From: Alphaproteobacteria bacterium
Lineage (GTDB): Bacteria > Pseudomonadota > Alphaproteobacteria > UBA8366 > JADFVY01
Assembly: GCA_041602815.1 (NCBI GenBank)
Contig: JBFIFO010000002.1
Span: 1 to 58,832 of the forward strand
Length of the DNA: 58,832 bases
Reading direction: 5' to 3'
The notes below the pieces were generated by a model. That model had not been told where the DNA came from, did not search any database, and was given only the letters and a program-made list of their open reading frames with translations. Below are positions 53,220-58,832 of the stretch, piece after piece. Position numbers and translations under genes: made by a program. Numbering within the stretch: the first letter of the stretch is position 1; each line of letters begins with the position of its first letter.

Positions 53220-53236
53220 TTTAGAATGATTTTAAA
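53220..53236 (-). promoter_or_regulatory. iron control element (ICE)-like Irr operator
   Basis: The plus strand TTTAGAATGATTTTAAA matches TTTAGAA-N3-TTCTAAA with one mismatch. It abuts the -35 element (3-nt gap) and lies directly downstream of the irr gene. Confidence 0.62.
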
Positions 53237-53267
53237 ACAGGGAATAGCTCACTGATATGCAAGCTAT

Positions 53268-53693
53268 TCAATTAACGCCATTTTTGACGCGTACAATGAT
53301 GTCGATTCGCTCGACGGACGTACCCTCGGGTGGCTGCGGAATCGCGCCTAAGCTGATCGCGTCGCCGGCGATATCCTGCAGTTGCGCCGTTTCCTCATGG
53401 AAAAAGTGGTGGTGGTCGGTGGTGTTGGTGTCGAAATACGACCGCCCGGATTCGACGACGACCTCCCGCAGCAGTCCGACCTGCGAGAACTGATTGAGCG
53501 TGTTGTATATTGTCGCCAGCGAAACCCGCATGTTGGCGGCCGTCGATTCGGCCTGCAACTGCTCTGCGGTCACGTGGCGGTCGCCGTTTTCGAACAACAG
53601 ACGCGCCAGACCGAGGCGCTGCCGCGTCGGCCGGAGGCCCGCACTGCGGAGAATCTCGAACGCCTTGCTGTAGGGGCGACCCGTGCTATCCAT
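53268..53693 (-). CDS. irr: Fur-family iron response regulator Irr
   Basis: Fur wHTH (LRPTRQRLGLARLLF ... SLATIYNTLNQFSQVGLL) and the His cluster DTNTTDHHHFFHE typical of Irr. No CxxC pairs. Confidence 0.82.
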   Translation of the reverse strand: MDSTGRPYSKAFEILRSAGLRPTRQRLGLARLLFENGDRHVTAEQLQAESTAANMRVSLATIYNTLNQFSQVGLLREVVVESGRSYFDTNTTDHHHFFHEETAQLQDIAGDAISLGAIPQPPEGTSVERIDIIVRVKNGVN

Positions 53694-53903
53694 GTCCTCT
53701 CAGACCCATCATTGTAACGGTCTTCCGCGCCACCGCGTGGAGCCGCTTCTTTTATATATCATAAATCTTTAAACAATCAATATCATAGAGCATAAATTGG
53801 AATAATTTCATTTATCGTTAACCGATGCCATTCGCGTTGTAGGCAGAGCCACGCCCGGATAATAATCGGGCCGCGACCGGCGACCCACGTTATATACGGT
53901 ATT

Positions 53904-55763
53904 ATGGCAGAAACCAAGCGACCTCGACGGCGGCGGCGTCCGCAGCCCCGCGGTAAGGAACCGGCGGGCCCCTGGCAGGCAATCCGTGTCGTTCTTTCGG
54001 TGGCGGTCTGGGCGTTTGTGGCACTGGTCGCGCTGGTGGCCTGGTATGCCTACGATCTGCCCGACATCGTGCGGCTCGAGGAGGCGGCCGGGAAAAGGGG
54101 GCCGACGGTCACCATCGAAGCCGCGGATGGTTCCGTACTGGCCCATTACGGCGACCTCTACGGCGTTGCCGTGCAACTGCACGAACTACCGCCGCATCTG
54201 CCCCACGCGGTGCTGGCGGTAGAGGACCGGCGCTTCTACGAACATGGGGGCGTCGACCCGCGCGGCATTGCAAGGGCGCTGTGGGACAACATTTGGACCG
54301 GCGGACTTCGTAGCGGCGGCAGCACGATCTCGCAGCAGCTGGCCAAGAACCTGTTCCTGTCGCCCGAGCGCACCTTGCGCCGCAAGGTTCAGGAAGCCCT
54401 GCTCGCACTGTGGCTGGAGCGACGGTTTGGCAAGGACCAGATCCTCACGATTTACTTGAACCGCGTCTATTTCGGACAGGGGACATACGGCGTGGATGCC
54501 GCGGCACGACGCTATTTCGGCAAGCCTGTGCAGGACGTCACGGTCTACGAGGCGGCGTTGCTCGCCGGCTTGTTGAAGGCGCCGTCGCGTTACAATCCGG
54601 TGTCCAGCCCCGAACTTGCATCCGCACGGGCGGGTGTTGTTCTCGACAGCATGGTGGACGCCGGCTGGCTGACCGCACGGCAGGCGGAGCGGGCGAAGAT
54701 GGGCGCCGGGGTGGTCCGTAGCGCCGGGTCCGGCGCGCAGAGCCGCTATGCCGCGGACTGGCTGCTGGAAAGCGTGCGCGACTATGTCGGTCATGCGGGG
54801 GGCGATCTCGTGGTAATGACGACCATAGAGCCGCCGCTGCAACGGTTGGCGGAGCAGGCGGTCGCCGACAACCTTGCGGCGGTACGGGGCCGCGCGGGGA
54901 GCCAGGCGGCGCTCGTTGCCATGCGTCGGGACGGCGCGGTCGTGGCCATGGTTGGCGGGCGGAACTACAGCGAAAGCCAGTTCAACCGCGCGACGCAGGC
55001 ACTGCGTCAGCCCGGCTCCGCCTTCAAGCTGTTCGTCTATCTCGCGGCGATGGAGGCGGGCCTGCGCCCCGGCGACCGGATCGAGGACCGGCCGGTGACC
55101 GTCGACGGCTGGACGCCACGCAACGCGCGGCGTGAGCATCACGGCGACGTGTCGCTGCGCGAAGCGGCCGCAAGGTCGCTGAATTCAGTCGCGGTCATCG
55201 TTTCGGAGGCGGTCGGCCGGGACAGTGTCGTGGCGGTGGCGCGCCGGCTCGGCATTACCAGCGACTTGCACACCGACCCGGCTCTGGCCCTGGGTGCCTA
55301 CGAGGTCACGCTCCTCGAACTTACCGCCGCTTACGCGGTTATGGCAAATCGGGGCTACGGGGTCTGGCCGTACGGCGTCAGCGAGGTCCGCACCAGCGAC
55401 GGCCGCATCCTGTATCGGCGCAGCGGCGGCGGCCCCGGCCGTGTCGTAGACGCACCGGATGTTGCCGCCATCAACGATATACTCAACGCCGCCATCGTCT
55501 GGGGTACCGGCCGACAGGCGCGGCTCGACCGGCCAGCCGCCGGCAAGACCGGGACCAGCCAGGACAACCGCGATGCATGGTTCATCGGATATACCCCGGA
55601 TCTGGTGGCCGGGGTCTGGTTCGGCAACGACGACAACTCGCCCATGTCCGGGATCGGCGGCGGTGGCTTCCCGGCGCTGACCTGGAAGGCGTTCATGGAG
55701 CCGGCACTCGCGGGCCTGCCGCCGGCGCCGCTGTTCGGGGTGGCAGCGGCGCCGGTTGATTAG
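53904..55763 (+). CDS. class A penicillin-binding protein (transglycosylase + transpeptidase)
   Basis: TM anchor, GT51 motifs (AVEDRRFYEHGGVD, GGSTISQQLAKN, RKVQEA), and transpeptidase motifs SAFK, SLN and KTGTS. Confidence 0.9.
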   Translation: MAETKRPRRRRRPQPRGKEPAGPWQAIRVVLSVAVWAFVALVALVAWYAYDLPDIVRLEEAAGKRGPTVTIEAADGSVLAHYGDLYGVAVQLHELPPHLPHAVLAVEDRRFYEHGGVDPRGIARALWDNIWTGGLRSGGSTISQQLAKNLFLSPERTLRRKVQEALLALWLERRFGKDQILTIYLNRVYFGQGTYGVDAAARRYFGKPVQDVTVYEAALLAGLLKAPSRYNPVSSPELASARAGVVLDSMVDAGWLTARQAERAKMGAGVVRSAGSGAQSRYAADWLLESVRDYVGHAGGDLVVMTTIEPPLQRLAEQAVADNLAAVRGRAGSQAALVAMRRDGAVVAMVGGRNYSESQFNRATQALRQPGSAFKLFVYLAAMEAGLRPGDRIEDRPVTVDGWTPRNARREHHGDVSLREAAARSLNSVAVIVSEAVGRDSVVAVARRLGITSDLHTDPALALGAYEVTLLELTAAYAVMANRGYGVWPYGVSEVRTSDGRILYRRSGGGPGRVVDAPDVAAINDILNAAIVWGTGRQARLDRPAAGKTGTSQDNRDAWFIGYTPDLVAGVWFGNDDNSPMSGIGGGGFPALTWKAFMEPALAGLPPAPLFGVAAAPVD

Positions 55764-56578
55764 GGACCAGGTGCGGGCCTCTCGGCGGCGTCCGTCCGCT
55801 CGGCCGCCCTATGTGACTTGCTGCTGATCTCGTCGGACATACGTTTCAAGGCCTCGACGGTCTGCTCGTGGGCATAACGATAAAAAGCCGTGTCATCCCC
55901 GATTTCCAATTCGTCGTCTTCTGTCCTGGAGCTGTCCTCCTCGAACGCCCTCAGTGCAAATCCAAATTCCTCAAGAGCATCACGTATGTATAAAAGCTCC
56001 ACGAAGCTGAATTTTCCTGTGACGATGTCATCCGACAATGCCGAACGAATCGACTCGTGCGACCCGGTCCACAAGCGAATTTCCCCGTGAGCTTCTAGGA
56101 CGCCGTTTAGTTTATCAGTCAAGGCGTCATACCCTTCTATTCGGTGTCTGATGACTGATATGTCCTCTTCGGGTAGCCGTGTCCCCTGGCTCAGAAATTC
56201 AAGAATCCCAAGATAGCACTGCGCGATCTTTGCGCCCGTCTGCCATGAAATGTCCCAGTCTTCGCCGATGCGCGCCTTGAGAAATGCCCGGTAGTAGCGG
56301 ACCGCGGCCAACAGATGGCCGGGTGCTCTCGGTCCACTCAGGACCACAGAGTCCTTGCTGTCGCGCGGGCGGCCAAACGGATGTCGTGACTGTCGTTTCC
56401 GGAACGCTGAGCGCAGCAATGCCACGATGAAGATCGGGCTGGCGATAATCAACCCCCGCATAAGTGCGGCCAATGCCCATTCGAAATCGATTTCCGGTGG
56501 CAGGCCCTCATGATCACCGCTCCACCGCGTCAAGGACGACACCAAGTTTGCAGGGACTGCCACGGCAACCAGCGTCAC
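55760..56578 (-). CDS. hypothetical protein (low-GC orphan, one predicted TM helix)
   Basis: 272-codon ORF (GTG start); a likelier start is ATG 56461 (MRGLIIASPIFIVALLRSAF). The region is about 50 percent GC by hand count against about 68 percent in the flank, and it uses codons that are rare elsewhere here (AAA, GAA, ATT, ATA, TTA, CTA, AGA). I recognise no motif. Confidence 0.55.
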   Translation of the reverse strand: MTLVAVAVPANLVSSLTRWSGDHEGLPPEIDFEWALAALMRGLIIASPIFIVALLRSAFRKRQSRHPFGRPRDSKDSVVLSGPRAPGHLLAAVRYYRAFLKARIGEDWDISWQTGAKIAQCYLGILEFLSQGTRLPEEDISVIRHRIEGYDALTDKLNGVLEAHGEIRLWTGSHESIRSALSDDIVTGKFSFVELLYIRDALEEFGFALRAFEEDSSRTEDDELEIGDDTAFYRYAHEQTVEALKRMSDEISSKSHRAAERTDAAERPAPGP

Positions 56579-56841
56579 GGCCGACCGTACCAGGATACGC
56601 CGCCAGGTGGCAACGAACAGGCCCGCTCACCAGGCGGACAAGACTGCGTAGCCGAGCCAGGCATCGCTGTGTCGCGCCATGAAGGCCGTGACGCCGCACG
56701 CTGCGACGACGATTATCGGGTAAGCGATGGGCCGCAGAATCAAGTCTCTAGCACATGGGCGGATTCTCATTCGCCCACACTACCGTAAATCACGATTCCG
56801 TTGCCATTAGCGTCCGCTGGTTGGTCATCGCCGCCGGCCGC

Positions 56842-58038
56842 TCAGACACGCGCGCCCTTTTCGGCCCCCCGCACCAGCACGTGGTGTAACACCACCGCGG
56901 CAACGCCCATCAGCGCGATCGTCACCGCCATCGGCCGGGCGGTGCCGTCGAACGCGGCGCCGACGCCGATGCCGACCAGCGCGGCGAGGCCCATCTGGGT
57001 AAAACCGAGCAGCGCCGAGGCGGCGCCGGCGCGGGTCGGGAACGGGCCGAGCGCGCCGGCCATCGCGTTCGGCAGCACGAAGCCGACGCCGAACATGTAG
57101 ACCATCATCGGCCCGAGCACCGTCCACACGGTCTCGATGCCGGCAAGGGCGATGCCTGCCATGGCGAGGCCGCCGGCGGCGCACACCGCGGCGCCGAGCG
57201 GCACCATGCGTTCCAGCCCGACGCGCCGGACGATGCGGCCGGAGATGACGGCGCCGACGATATAGCCGGCGACGGCGGCGGCGAAGCACAGCCCGTACAG
57301 GTTCGGCGGCAGGCCCAGCACCTCGATGAACACGAAGGAAGAGCCGGAGATGAAGGCGAACAGCCCGGCATAGGTTGCGGTGTGACACAGCACGTAGCCG
57401 ACATAGGCGCGATGCCGCAAAAAACCGAGATAGTTGCGCAGCATCTGCGCCGGACCGGTCGCCTCGCCGAGATGCGGGTTGGTCTCGGCCAGCGCCAGCA
57501 ACACGCCGGTAAACGCCGTCGCGCCGTACAGGGTCAGCACCACGAAATTGGCGCGCCAGCCGAACCAGACGGTGAGGTAACCGCCGATGACGGGGCCGAT
57601 CAGCGGCGCCAGCGCCATCGCCGCACCGATATAGGACAGCATGCGCGCCGAGCCCTCGCGCCCGTAGACGTCGCGCACCACGGTGCGGCCCAGGACCGGC
57701 CCGGCGCAGGCCCCCAGCGCCTGCAGGAAGCGCGCGGCGATCAGCATCTCGATGCTGGTCGCAAGCGTGCAGGCGATCGAGGCCATGGTGAACAGCCCGA
57801 ACCCGGCCAGCAGCGCCGGGCGCCGCCCGAAGCGGTCGGACAGCGGCCCGTAGGCGAGCTGCGCCACCGCGAAGCCGGCGAGGAAAACGCTGAGCGTCAG
57901 CTGAACCGTGGCGACGTCGGCGGCCAGCTTTTCGCCGATCGTCGGCAGTGCCGGCAGGTAGAAGTCGGTCGCCATCGGACCCATGCCGACGGACAGCGTC
58001 AGCAGCACGGCGACCAGCAGCGAATCGGGGCGCGGCAC
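56842..58038 (-). CDS. MFS transporter, Bcr/CflA drug-resistance subfamily
   Basis: 12-TM MFS with GPMATDFYLPALPTIGEKL and LSDRFGRRPALL motifs. GTG 58038 is preceded by GGAGGAGG; the ORF extension to 58104 overlaps the upstream gene. Confidence 0.87.
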   Translation of the reverse strand: MPRPDSLLVAVLLTLSVGMGPMATDFYLPALPTIGEKLAADVATVQLTLSVFLAGFAVAQLAYGPLSDRFGRRPALLAGFGLFTMASIACTLATSIEMLIAARFLQALGACAGPVLGRTVVRDVYGREGSARMLSYIGAAMALAPLIGPVIGGYLTVWFGWRANFVVLTLYGATAFTGVLLALAETNPHLGEATGPAQMLRNYLGFLRHRAYVGYVLCHTATYAGLFAFISGSSFVFIEVLGLPPNLYGLCFAAAVAGYIVGAVISGRIVRRVGLERMVPLGAAVCAAGGLAMAGIALAGIETVWTVLGPMMVYMFGVGFVLPNAMAGALGPFPTRAGAASALLGFTQMGLAALVGIGVGAAFDGTARPMAVTIALMGVAAVVLHHVLVRGAEKGARV

Positions 58039-58042
58039 CGGC

Positions 58043-58832
58043 TCAGGCCTCCTCCGGCTCGGGCGCGTCGCCGCCGGGGACCAACAAGAGGTAGCCGGCG
58101 GCACCGAGCGCCGCGAGCCCGGTCATCGCCAGCCCCAGCGAGAAGGCGCTGCCGTCGTAGACCACCGACAGCACCAGGCTGCCGGCGGCGCCAACCGAGA
58201 TCTGCAGGAATCCCATCATCGCCGCGGCGCTGCCGGCGATGCGCGGAAACGGGTGCAGCGCCCGCGCCGTGCTGGCCGGCATCACCAGTCCGAAGCCGAA
58301 CAGGAACAGCATCCTCGGGCCGATCACCCGGACCAGCGTGAGGTCGAGCGACAGCAGCGTCATAAGCAGCGCGCCGAGGCCGAGCGCCGCGAGACCGAGA
58401 CGCAGCACGATCGTATCGGCGATCCGGCCCTGCAGCCGCCCCGCGGTGTAGGAGCCGGTCGCATAGGCGCTGACGGTAAAGATGGTGAGCAGGCCGAACA
58501 GATGCGGCGGCAGGCCGAGCCGGTCGACGATCAGGAACGGCGAGGTCGAGACATAGGCGAACAGCCCGCCGAAGCCGAACACGCCGGGCGCGAGGTGGCC
58601 GACGTAGTAGCGGTGCCGGAGCAGCGCTCCGTAATTCTGCACCAGGCGCAGCGGGCTGGTCGCCATCGGGTCGCGCTCGGGGATGGTCTCCTTGAGCCAG
58701 GCCAGCGCCAGCCAGAGCATCAGCCCGCCATAGCCCATCAGGAACACGAAGGCCGACTGCCAGCCGAGCCAGACCTCGAGGAACCCGCCGATCAGCGGCC
58801 CCAGCGCCGGGGCGAGGGCGATCGCGGTGCCG
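58043..58832 (-). CDS. MFS transporter, Bcr/CflA subfamily (5-prime end outside the window)
   Basis: The C-terminal six-TM half is paralogous to the previous gene (HRYYVGHLAPGVFGFGGLFAYVSTSPFL). The frame stays open to the window edge. Confidence 0.82.
   Translation of the reverse strand, partial: GTAIALAPALGPLIGGFLEVWLGWQSAFVFLMGYGGLMLWLALAWLKETIPERDPMATSPLRLVQNYGALLRHRYYVGHLAPGVFGFGGLFAYVSTSPFLIVDRLGLPPHLFGLLTIFTVSAYATGSYTAGRLQGRIADTIVLRLGLAALGLGALLMTLLSLDLTLVRVIGPRMLFLFGFGLVMPASTARALHPFPRIAGSAAAMMGFLQISVGAAGSLVLSVVYDGSAFSLGLAMTGLAALGAAGYLLLVPGGDAPEPEEA

Overview
High-GC alphaproteobacterial chromosomal core segment, judged from Ros/MucR, Irr, a Cys-poor alphaproteobacterial-type Fur, ubiE-ubiB and dnaA-dnaN-recF-gyrB synteny. 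The order cannot be assigned from sequence alone. There are about 60 protein genes, almost all conserved housekeeping. In order: nudC, pheA-kdsB, a membrane-anchored cytochrome c, a HisN/IMPase-type gene broken by one in-frame TAG, usp, nfu, a Bax-like glucosaminidase, two tandem polysaccharide deacetylases, tsaB-rimI, mucR, fur, miaB-phoH-ybeY-corC-lnt, an XRE regulator, metK-trmB, and rimP-nusA-ylxR-infB-rbfA-truB-rpsO-pnp. These are followed by fabI-fabB-fabA, gyrB-recF-dnaN-dnaA, rpsT, enoyl-CoA hydratase, mutM, ubiE-ubiB, coaBC-dut, rrf2-cysK-moeB, a MATE pump, a 2-hydroxyacid dehydrogenase and an SH3 protein. The window ends with a rubrerythrin / CCG-type Fe-S oxidoreductase / DUF3501 operon next to irr, a class A PBP, one low-GC orphan gene, and two tandem Bcr/CflA MFS pumps, the last running off the window. 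I found no rRNA, tRNA, CRISPR array, transposase, integrase or phage genes. I do not see a convincing multi-gene novel system such as a defence island. The best follow-up targets are: (1) the function-unknown rubrerythrin-FeS-DUF3501 operon, which carries an Irr-type ICE box at its promoter and a perfect FNR/FixK box before the second gene; (2) the single amber codon at the catalytic Glu of the HisN-like phosphatase; (3) a roughly 1-kb low-GC orphan locus between the PBP and the MFS pumps; (4) a catalytically degenerate deacetylase paralog; (5) two conserved genes (trmB and the MATE pump) whose conserved N-termini lack any ATG/GTG/TTG start. Many long antisense ORFs in the track are high-GC artefacts.
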